Part shown: positions 18,159 through 27,500 of the stretch, in pieces
How the letters are laid out: every line of letters starts with the position of its first letter
Numbering within the stretch: position 1 is the stretch's first letter
Source: a virus
Lineage: Duplodnaviria; Caudoviricetes
IMG/VR virus record: IMGVR_UViG_3300046779_001841
Location: 32,001 to 96,000 of that record
DNA: 64,000 nucleotides
Strand: one strand, 5' to 3'
Program-made: the position numbers and the translations under genes
The notes under the pieces: generated by a model
The model's database searches: none
Told to the model about the DNA's origin: nothing
Seen by the model: the letters and a program-made list of their open reading frames with translations, nothing else

Positions 18159-18491
18159 ATGACAAATTTAGTAAATTGCACACCACATGATGTTAAAATT
18201 CTTGTAAATGATAAAGAATTGGTTATCAAACCATCTGGTATTTTACCAAGAGTAGATCAAAAGAAAGAAGTTGGTCAAACACTTTCTTTTGGTGGTTTAG
18301 ATATTCCTACTATCACTACAAAAATAGGTGGTATTGTAGGATTGCCAGATCAAACAGAAAACACTTACTTAATTGTATCTGTTTTTGTTTTAGAAGAAGG
18401 CAAGAAAGCTGGTAGAACAGATTTACTTGCTCCAGATACTCTAAGAGATAGTGCAGGTAATATAATTGGTTGTAAAGGTTTCATATCTTAA
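18159..18491 (+). CDS. Conserved NxTPH-family small protein (possible ring-nuclease/anti-CRISPR-like)
   Basis: LVNCTPHDV...PSGILPRV...GLP.....YLIVS...GRTDLLAP...RDSAGNIIGCKGF. Confidence 0.6.
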   Translation: MTNLVNCTPHDVKILVNDKELVIKPSGILPRVDQKKEVGQTLSFGGLDIPTITTKIGGIVGLPDQTENTYLIVSVFVLEEGKKAGRTDLLAPDTLRDSAGNIIGCKGFIS

Positions 18492-18527
18492 TATAAGTAT
18501 ATACCTACACATAAAAGGGAAAAACAC

Positions 18528-19271
18528 ATGGAAGATTTTATCTGCAGTATTTGTGGTGAAAAACCACAAGAGATAGCAATCAAATGGAATCAAGACCTTA
18601 AAAAAGGTTGGTGTCTTTGTACAGAATGTAGAGATAAATATCGTGGTGTTAAACAACATAAAAATAGAATAGAGAAAGATAGCTATAATTATTTCACAAC
18701 CACTATCAGACAATTATTGCTTAGACATGGCTTTACTTTAAATGAAAGAACCACTGGCAGTTTAAGAATGGAAAATTTTGTTGCATGGTCTTTAAGAGCA
18801 ACTGCACCTAATGATTACTTTCTTAAAATCTCTTTAAATGTAGAAAGAAAAGAAGAAAGAGATTATCTTTATCAATGGACTATCAAGACATTTGATCCAA
18901 ATGATAATTATCTTAAACAGATAGAATCTGATAGACCAAATGTACCTATGATGAAAGATTTTTTAAATGAGTTTTTAACATATATCGGTAGCAATCCATA
19001 TGAATATTTTAGATCAACATTTAAATCCATTTTGACTAAACATAACATACCCATAGATGAAAAATCTGAAGATAGTGAAGTATCTACATATAAAGGAATG
19101 TATACAAGTAATCGGTATCGTTGGGAAGCAAAAATAGAAAAAGATTTTAAATGGAATGTAAAATTCTATGCACTCAAAGGAAAATCAAAGATACTAGAAG
19201 AATATTCTGGCAATTCCTTTGTCATTACACCATTGAAAGAATTTTTTAACAAGGTCGTTAAAAAATATTGA
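18528..19271 (+). CDS. Hypothetical protein with an N-terminal Zn-ribbon
   Basis: CSICG...CLCTEC. Preceded by TAATATAAG (18489-18497). Confidence 0.65.
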   Translation: MEDFICSICGEKPQEIAIKWNQDLKKGWCLCTECRDKYRGVKQHKNRIEKDSYNYFTTTIRQLLLRHGFTLNERTTGSLRMENFVAWSLRATAPNDYFLKISLNVERKEERDYLYQWTIKTFDPNDNYLKQIESDRPNVPMMKDFLNEFLTYIGSNPYEYFRSTFKSILTKHNIPIDEKSEDSEVSTYKGMYTSNRYRWEAKIEKDFKWNVKFYALKGKSKILEEYSGNSFVITPLKEFFNKVVKKY

Positions 19272-19281
19272 GAGATTTTAA

Positions 19282-19527
19282 ATGTTAAAAGTTTTGTTTG
19301 TTGTGAAGAATGAAGAAATCATATCTATTCTAAATGAATCCATAGAAATGGTCTTACCTGTAGAATATGATTATATTGTATGGTTGCCTATGAATATTTG
19401 GTTTGGCAATCATGTTCGATTTATTAGTGATCGTAAAGTAGAAAGAATAAAAGATTTAAATCCAAAGAGATACATATATATCAAAGAAGTATGGGATAAA
19501 TTTAAAGAAGATATAAAACAAGATTAA
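19282..19527 (+). CDS. Hypothetical protein
   Basis: ORF continuing the operon. Confidence 0.55.
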   Translation: MLKVLFVVKNEEIISILNESIEMVLPVEYDYIVWLPMNIWFGNHVRFISDRKVERIKDLNPKRYIYIKEVWDKFKEDIKQD

Positions 19528-19529
19528 AC

Positions 19530-19904
19530 TTATCCAATAAAACTTTCCCAAGTATCTACAATATCTTCTAAAAATTTTTTAGCAACATCTAGCTTAATTT
19601 CTGTTGTTTTACTTGCTTTAAAATTATGATTTAGATCTTTAGTTTTACCTTCTGCATTCTTAAAGATAACTTTAATAACACCATCACGATGTTTTTTCAT
19701 AGAAATAACAGCAGAACCTGAACCATCTTTAGCAATAATTTCATAATCTCTTTCTGCTTTAATATCATAGTTTTTTTTAGGAAACTTAGTAGGTAGAAAT
19801 TCATCAAAAAATTCAATATAGTCTTCATATTCTTCTTTTGCAATACGAAGTGTTTGAATTTTTGCAAGACGGGCTTCAAGAGATGCGAGTTTACGATTAA
19901 ACAT
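19530..19904 (-). CDS. Tagged protein (MFNRKLASLEARLAKI), unknown cargo
   Basis: Divergent version of the tag, followed by RIAK. Confidence 0.75.
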   Translation of the reverse strand: MFNRKLASLEARLAKIQTLRIAKEEYEDYIEFFDEFLPTKFPKKNYDIKAERDYEIIAKDGSGSAVISMKKHRDGVIKVIFKNAEGKTKDLNHNFKASKTTEIKLDVAKKFLEDIVDTWESFIG

Positions 19905-19959
19905 TTTTTATGTCCTATTAAAGAGTTTGTTTATTAAGAAGAAAAAAATTAAATAAATA

Positions 19960-20664
19960 TTAAACCATAGTTTGTGCAAACGCTTGCCAAGTCACATTAC
20001 TAAAAGTACCTGTTCTACCTGTAGCAGTATCTGTAGTTAAAGTTCCACTACTTGTAGCGAGTAATAATAATCTTGAACCAGAGATATTAGATAATGGTGA
20101 AGAAGGTCTAGTGAAAGCAGTAGTATAAACAGGATCACCTTTAACCCATCTAAAATTAGTCATCCATCCACCAAAAGAAGCACCTGCTGATGGTGTAGAT
20201 TCATTACCGATAACAAGATTGTTGCTTGTATTGTTGAAGTTATAGCTATTAACTACGGTACTACCTAATTGAGTACCATCTTTCCAAACTTTAATATTAT
20301 TACTAGCATCTCTAGTCACTGCGAAATGAACCCATTTATTTTTATATGCAGAATCAGCCATAGCACTACCAAAAGTATTAGCACCACCATTAATCCAAAA
20401 ATAGAATTGACCTCCTTCAATACTAACACCCATAAAAGTAGATGGATAATTACCTATCGCCCAACATCTAGGAAAGCTATTGCTATCTGTTTGATATTGA
20501 AACCATTCAATACAAAAAGCACCTGTTTGTGGATACATATTACTATCTTGAGCATACGAAATATTAGAAGTGGAAAGACCTGTAAATTTCATAGTTCCTA
20601 CAAGAGCAAGATCAAAAGCTGGTGCAGAAGAAGGTTTTAAAATACCATGAGTGGCTTTAAACAT
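19960..20664 (-). CDS. LamG/concanavalin-A-like tail or adhesin protein
   Basis: FCIEWF...WVHFAVTRD...VWKDG...LVIG...FGGWMTNFRWVKG..VYT..FT.P. Confidence 0.8.
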   Translation of the reverse strand: MFKATHGILKPSSAPAFDLALVGTMKFTGLSTSNISYAQDSNMYPQTGAFCIEWFQYQTDSNSFPRCWAIGNYPSTFMGVSIEGGQFYFWINGGANTFGSAMADSAYKNKWVHFAVTRDASNNIKVWKDGTQLGSTVVNSYNFNNTSNNLVIGNESTPSAGASFGGWMTNFRWVKGDPVYTTAFTRPSSPLSNISGSRLLLLATSSGTLTTDTATGRTGTFSNVTWQAFAQTMV

Positions 20665-20676
20665 AAAAAAATCCTA

Positions 20677-23670
20677 TCAAGTAGCAGAAAGATCACCAAA
20701 AAGATACCATTCAGTAGATGTTCTTTTAACAAGAGTTGCACCTGAATATTGACTTGCTAAAAATCTATTACTTGAAGCTGATCGTAAAGTATCTGTAGTT
20801 ATCAATACTTGAACTGTACCTGTACCATACCTAGAAATCAAGATTTGTGTTCCAACAGGGAAAGCAACAGATGAATTAGCAGGTATTGTTAAAGTCAAAT
20901 TACTTGCAGAGTTAAACTCAATCATTTTACCTTCATCACCAATAACAAGAGTATAACTTGTAGTTTGAGTATTAACAGCAACTCTAGTCGCAGTTTGAAC
21001 ATAAGCAGTCGTTGCGATCTTTGTTGAATTATCTAATGCAGTTTGTGTAGTAGCAGTTGATGTTGAAGATAGTGTAATAGCACCACTACCACTAAAAGCA
21101 ATACTACCTGTAAAAGTCTTAGTTCCTCCTATGGATTGACTACTTGAAGTATCTACTGCATCAGTTATTCCATATCCAGATAAAGTAGTAGGATTTGTTC
21201 CAGCAGTAACACGACCATAAGTATCTACTGTAACAGATTTATATGTTCCTGCAGTAGCAATACCACTTGTTAAAGCAATAGTTGGTGTAGCACCTTCACC
21301 TGTATTATTAGTTAATGTGATACCCGCACCAGCAACAAGATTTGTAACATAATCACCAGTGGTATCTGTACCTAAAGCAACACTATTACTTGCAATAGTT
21401 GCAGTTATGGTTATATCTGCACTACCATTAAAAGATGCAGATCCAGATAAATCACCACCTAAAGAAATTGTTCTTGATGTTGTTAATGTAGATGCAGAAC
21501 CACTTACCGATCCAGAAATAGTATTTGATACTGTTAAATCTGTAAAAGTTCCACTACCAAATTTAACATTACCAACAGTACCACTAAAGACTTCACTTGT
21601 ATTAGTAGCATCAGGAATAAAGGTAAAGACACTTAAACTATCATCATAACCAAAGAAACCAACTTTGGCAGAAGTACCATTATGCCATCTAAATTCAACA
21701 CCACGATCTTTATTATCATCAGTAGAAGGTGCAGTATCACCACCTAAAGTAATAATAGGATCATCTAAAGTCATTGTAGTGCTATTTACTGTAGTTGTTG
21801 TACCATTCACTGTTAAATTGCCAGTGATTGCAACATTGTCAGATAAAGTAGTCGTCCCACCTGTAGAACTGATTGTTAAATTACCTGATGAAGTAGAAAT
21901 ATTTGCATTAGCATATAAAATACTAGAAAAAGTTTTTTCACCACTAATAGATTGATTACCTGTAGTAGCAACGAAAGTAGATGTATCTAAAGACCAAGTG
22001 TTTGCACCAGTCTTTTGTAAATAACCTGTACCACCATCAGCCAAAGAAGCAATAGCATTTAAATCACCATCATATGCTTGAACATCAGTGCCAATAACAA
22101 GACTTAAATTAGTTTTAAGTGCAGAAGCATCTGCAAGACCAATAAGAGTTCTACCATAAGAAGTTAAATCGGTAGTAGTGAAAGTATCATCACCAGTGGC
22201 ATAAATCACTTTATTCGCACTTGTTGAAACACCAGCTAAAGCAGTTAATGTTGCATCTAAAGGTTGTCCATCAATGATATTATATCCAGATAAAGTAGTA
22301 GGATTTGAACCAGCAGTTACTCTACCATAAGTATCCACTGTAACAGATTGATAAGTGCCAATAGTAGCAACATTACTTTCAAGACCAATCGTGTGAATAG
22401 CACCTTCACCACTATCACCACTTAAAGAAATACCATTACCTGCAGAAATACTTGCAACATAATCACCAGTGGTATCATTACCTAAAGCAATAATAATTTC
22501 ATCAAGAGAAGTAGCAATATCAACATCAGCAGAACCATCAAAAGCAACAGAACCTGTAAGAACACCACTTAAAGAAATAGTTCTTGAATTAGTTAAAGTA
22601 TCAGCACTTTGAATAGAACCTGTAATAGTGTTGGTAACAGAAAGATCAGTAAATTCACCACCACCAAAAATAACATTTCCAGCATTACCACTAAAAACAT
22701 CATTGAGATTAGTAGCATCTTCAATAAAAATGAATTTACCTGTGCTATTGTCATAACCAAAGAAACCTATTTTAGATGCACTAGAAATAACACCAGTACC
22801 TGTTGTACCAGCTTGGGAAAGATCACCATTATATGTAAAACTTAAACCTACTGTATTAGAATCTGCACCAATTTGAGTGAAGTCAGTATTGCCTATTGTT
22901 ACGATATAGTAAGATTGACCCATGACCATAGTGTCTGGAGTAATAGCAGAAGTACCATCATGCCATCTAAATTCGATACCACGATCTTTGCTATCATTAA
23001 GTAAAGGAGGATTATCACCACCAAGAACAAAGATAGGATCATCAATAACAACAACATTGCTATTAATAGTAGCAGTTTCACCTTGAATAGTAAAATTACC
23101 AGTAATGTTAATATCACCTTCGATATTCATATTATCTTGAATAGTGATTTGACCTGTTTGGCTGGATAAGACAAGATCACCATTATGTGTACTGATACCA
23201 ATATCTGCATAAACAGTACCATCAACATGAGCGCTACCAGCAACATATAAATCACCATCAGTATTAATATCACCAGAAGCACTATCAACAGAAAAAGTAG
23301 TATTAGAATCATGTATAGTGGAAATGGAATAAGAATCTGATGTTTCACTAACAAGTTGAATATTATTTTGAGCAACAAGACCACTTAGGAAAGTAGCGAG
23401 TTGATCAAAATCTGTATCACTAAGCATAATAAGATTACCACCATTAGATGAAATATTATTAACACCAGTAATGTCATTGCCATTGAGATCAATATTTGTG
23501 ATAGGTGCAGTATTACTTAGGTTAGCAAGAGCAACTTCAAAACCACCAATGGTTGTACCATCATGTATTCTTAGTGTCTTTAAAGTGGTATCAATGGTAA
23601 GTTCACCATTTTGACCTTTATATAGATTATTTTGAGCAGTAGTGCCTTTTTTAAAAGTGACAATAGCCAT
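20677..23670 (-). CDS. Tail fibre (Mtd_N-like N-terminus, duplicated shaft modules)
   Basis: AIVTFKKGTTAQ...GELTIDTTLKTLRIHDGTTIGG. Two DDP..LGGD..P..D.KDRG.EFRWH modules; TLSGYGITDA repeats. Confidence 0.85.
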   Translation of the reverse strand: MAIVTFKKGTTAQNNLYKGQNGELTIDTTLKTLRIHDGTTIGGFEVALANLSNTAPITNIDLNGNDITGVNNISSNGGNLIMLSDTDFDQLATFLSGLVAQNNIQLVSETSDSYSISTIHDSNTTFSVDSASGDINTDGDLYVAGSAHVDGTVYADIGISTHNGDLVLSSQTGQITIQDNMNIEGDINITGNFTIQGETATINSNVVVIDDPIFVLGGDNPPLLNDSKDRGIEFRWHDGTSAITPDTMVMGQSYYIVTIGNTDFTQIGADSNTVGLSFTYNGDLSQAGTTGTGVISSASKIGFFGYDNSTGKFIFIEDATNLNDVFSGNAGNVIFGGGEFTDLSVTNTITGSIQSADTLTNSRTISLSGVLTGSVAFDGSADVDIATSLDEIIIALGNDTTGDYVASISAGNGISLSGDSGEGAIHTIGLESNVATIGTYQSVTVDTYGRVTAGSNPTTLSGYNIIDGQPLDATLTALAGVSTSANKVIYATGDDTFTTTDLTSYGRTLIGLADASALKTNLSLVIGTDVQAYDGDLNAIASLADGGTGYLQKTGANTWSLDTSTFVATTGNQSISGEKTFSSILYANANISTSSGNLTISSTGGTTTLSDNVAITGNLTVNGTTTTVNSTTMTLDDPIITLGGDTAPSTDDNKDRGVEFRWHNGTSAKVGFFGYDDSLSVFTFIPDATNTSEVFSGTVGNVKFGSGTFTDLTVSNTISGSVSGSASTLTTSRTISLGGDLSGSASFNGSADITITATIASNSVALGTDTTGDYVTNLVAGAGITLTNNTGEGATPTIALTSGIATAGTYKSVTVDTYGRVTAGTNPTTLSGYGITDAVDTSSSQSIGGTKTFTGSIAFSGSGAITLSSTSTATTQTALDNSTKIATTAYVQTATRVAVNTQTTSYTLVIGDEGKMIEFNSASNLTLTIPANSSVAFPVGTQILISRYGTGTVQVLITTDTLRSASSNRFLASQYSGATLVKRTSTEWYLFGDLSAT

Positions 23671-23727
23671 TTAGATGTCCTTGTTTGTAAAAATATGAAT
23701 ACTAAACAAGATAAACATATTTAATAT

Positions 23728-24060
23728 TTAAAGAATGGTTTTATTTATAATGAACCAAGTATTGCCAAGTGGTGATGTACTGCAAATTAAGGATGTTGAA
23801 CTATACAATCCAAGTTCAAGAGATATAACACTATTATCAATTAAAGTGTTTCCCACACCTGCTTGTACATTAAGGATGTTTGGTGTTGACCATTCTTCAA
23901 CATTTACTTTTATAATAAATAGCTTACCTATGAGATTATCATCCGATGGATTAGGTAGTGTAATTGTTGCACCATTAACAGTGACTAGATAAATAGTATC
24001 ATCTTTGGTTAGTGTGTAAGCACCACCATATTTAACAGGGTATCTAAAATATGCACTCAT
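23728..24060 (-). CDS. Small beta-sandwich fibre-tip-like protein
   Basis: YTLT.DDTIY...ITLPNP....GKLFIIK; paralog of 24117..24446 and of fibre termini. Confidence 0.7.
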   Translation of the reverse strand: MSAYFRYPVKYGGAYTLTKDDTIYLVTVNGATITLPNPSDDNLIGKLFIIKVNVEEWSTPNILNVQAGVGNTLIDNSVISLELGLYSSTSLICSTSPLGNTWFIINKTIL

Positions 24061-24116
24061 TTTTTTTCATCTCTTTGTAAATTTACTTATAAAGAAGAGA
24101 TTTTATATAAAAAATA

Positions 24117-24446
24117 TTAAACAATGATCATCCAAGTGGCAGATCCTGCATTATTTTTACCTGCAATGAACCTATGAAATCCCCAACTTGTATTGATAGT
24201 ATGTGTTGCATTACTTTCAATATTTCCACCACCAGCAACATTAATAGTGACATCATCACCACTACCACCATGTGTAGATCCTAATTTAATTGTATATGTT
24301 TGACCAATACAAGTAGATGGATTTGGTAATGTGATAGTTTGACCTGCATATGCAACATAGATAGAATCATCTAAAGTCAAGACATAGGTTGTAGTATTTG
24401 TTGCTGATTTAATGGTGTTTCTACCATTTCTAAAAAATAAAGACAT
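24117..24446 (-). CDS. Small beta-sandwich fibre-tip-like protein
   Basis: YVLT.DDSIY...ITLPNP...GQTYTIK...WMII. Confidence 0.7.
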   Translation of the reverse strand: MSLFFRNGRNTIKSATNTTTYVLTLDDSIYVAYAGQTITLPNPSTCIGQTYTIKLGSTHGGSGDDVTINVAGGGNIESNATHTINTSWGFHRFIAGKNNAGSATWMIIV

Positions 24447-24518
24447 ATTATTACCCTTTATGTAAAAATAATAAGACATGGGTTATAATAAGTGTAAATA
24501 TATTAAATAGTTATTAAA

Positions 24519-27500
24519 TTAAAGAACCCACCATCCAATACCATTTGCAACTAAAGTAACACTACCAAAAGCAGTAGATATTGTTAAATCATCAGTAGAT
24601 CCTTCAATCGTATTACTATGTGTGCTATTTGGATGAATTGTGATAGTACCAGTACCATCATCGATTTTCTTGATAATAACTTTATAACCGTTGTAGTCGC
24701 TATTAATATCAAAAAGATTAATCACAATCGCAGTATTACTATTGGCAACAAGATAAATCTTTTCAAATTCACCTTTAGCATTGCCTGTTAAGGTAACAGG
24801 TGTTGAAGTAGTAATGCTAGTATCAATAGGACTAGCTAAAACTAAAGGTCTAGCAGTACCTGTAGCATTATCAGCAGACCATAAAGTATTAGTATTATCC
24901 CATTTTAATTGAGCATCAGTACCACTACCTCGTTCAACAGAAATCACAGCATCTTGGTGTCCTGTAGATGTAGTATCACTATTAAGGATAATTAAAGGAT
25001 CAGAAGCACTTGTTGCTTTGTTAATAAGTAAACTGCTATCTGTTTGGATAGTGGTATCACCTTTAATAGTAGTATTACCTGTTACATTATCAATAGAGAA
25101 AGTAGTCATAGAACTTACAGGATCAGAAACTCTATTATAAATAGTCACTGGTGCATCTGTAGCAGTATAAGCCCAAGAAGTACTATCAACTAGAAGAGTA
25201 TATTTATTATCTTCACCATCAGAAGAGAAACCACCACCATAAGGCAAAACATCATTATATGTAAAACCATTATGTGCATTACTTGTAGAAACATATGCTT
25301 GGAAATCTTTATTTGGTGTAGTATCATCAGAATCTGTTCTAATAATAAAATAATAAGTTTTACTTGGATCTATAATAAAAGAAGCATTTGGAGTACCTGG
25401 AAGAGTATTTGCATAAGCAGATGCTTGATTAGCAATATATCTCTTAAAACCTAAGCTAGTATCTTCTTGAAGATGATCAAGATTTGTTAAAGGAACTACT
25501 TCTCTAGTAGCACCACCATCAGAAGAACTGAATACATAAAAATATTCATTATCTGTTTGAGATGTGGCATTATATTTAACATATAAATATAAAGTTTGAA
25601 CTACAAGATCTGCTTTGTCTTGAACAACAATATCATCTATGGTTTTTAGTGTTTTACTAAAAAGAACTTTTTCAGAACTATTAGTGGTAATAAACTTCAA
25701 ATATGAGTTAGAACCTTCAGTAATATCTAAAGCACTAGATTGGTTATCTACTAGACTAATAGTAGTCGCAAGACCTAAAGTAGAACCTGTAATAGCTAAA
25801 TTAGATAAAGCTAAAGTCCCACCTAATGCTAAATCATAAGAACCGCCAATAGAAACAGAATCATATTGAAGTTTAGCATTAGCAATAGTTCCAAGACTTG
25901 CACTTAAAGTAGAACCTGTTACTCCTAGAGTAATATAACTATCTCCAGCTACATTTAAAGTACCACCTAAAGCTAGACTATAACCATCAATATTAACAGA
26001 ATCATATTCAAGACTAGCATTAGAAACTGTACCTAAAGTTGTGTTTAATGTTACTGCACTTGTTTGATTATTAAGATCAATAGTTCCAGTAATTGCACCT
26101 GCAAGATTAATGGTCTTAGCTAAAGCAATCGCACCTGCAGAATAAACAGATAAAGTACCACCTAAAACAAGAGTACCACCATCAAGAGCAAAATCGTTAG
26201 ATAAAGCTAAAGTACCACCTAAAGCAAAATCACTAGTGCCAATATGAATAGAATCATATTGTAATTGAGCATTAGTGATTGTGCCTAAAGTAGCATTTAA
26301 AGTAACTGCACTAGACCCATTAAATGCAACAGAACCTGTTAAATCTCCACCAAGATTTAAAGTCATTGCAGTTAACCATGCAGAAGAAGTATCAGCATTA
26401 CCTATTAAGTTACCAGTAACAGATAAAGTACTCGCACCAATACCACCAATAGAATTGGCTTCTAAACTACCAAGTCTAACAGCACTATAAGTAATAGTTC
26501 CACCAGCAGTTAAGATATTACCAGAGAAATCTGAGTTTAAGCTAGTAGCAGTCGCAAAGACAAATTTATCATTAGCTTCATTCCAAAACAAACTTGCATT
26601 GTTTTCATCACCACGAGCAATAATAAAACCAGCATCATTAGTTGGTGCGCCTGTAGTACCATCAGCTAATTGAATAAGACTATCAGTCACATTAAGATTA
26701 ACAGTGTTAATAGTAGTAGTAGAACCATTAACGATAAGGCTACCTGTAACAGTTAAATCTCCACTAATAGTAGTATCTCCATTATTGCTATCAATAGTGA
26801 ATACTGTATTTAGATCTGCATCTTTAACATTGAAAGCTAAAGTTCCTCCAATAACAGATAAATCACTAAGGACTTCAACTTTTTGACTAGCAACAATCTT
26901 TTCTGCATTATCAGTAGTGACAAAATTCAAATAAGAATCATTATAGACTTTAAAATCTAAGGCTGATGCTTGATTATCAGTCATACTAATAACAGGAACA
27001 CTCAAGCTCTCTGTAACATTAAAATAACCTTGAACTTCAACATACCCAGCACCTGCATCATTACCTGCATCACCTGGATTAAGAATAATGTTTCCTGCAT
27101 TATTACCTGCTCCAAAACCAGTACCTGTTTGAAGAGTTAAATTCCCACCATTACCTGCAGTCATAGCAGAACCTGTTTGTATACCAATACTACCACCATT
27201 GCCTGTGTATGTTGAACCTGCATTAATATTAACATTACCACCTGTGCCAGTATTACCCACACCAGCAGTAATATCCACAGTACCACCATCTGTACCATTT
27301 GTAGATGTTCCTGCAAGTAAATTGATACCACCACCTGCACTATTTACAGAAGCACCAGCAGTTAGATTAATAGCACCGCCGTCACCATTTGTAGATGTTC
27401 CTGCAGTAGCGTCAAAAGAACCACCCAGACCACCATTAGAACTACCCATATCAAATACAATACTACCACCATCACCTGTACCACCTTGACCAAGAGTAAA

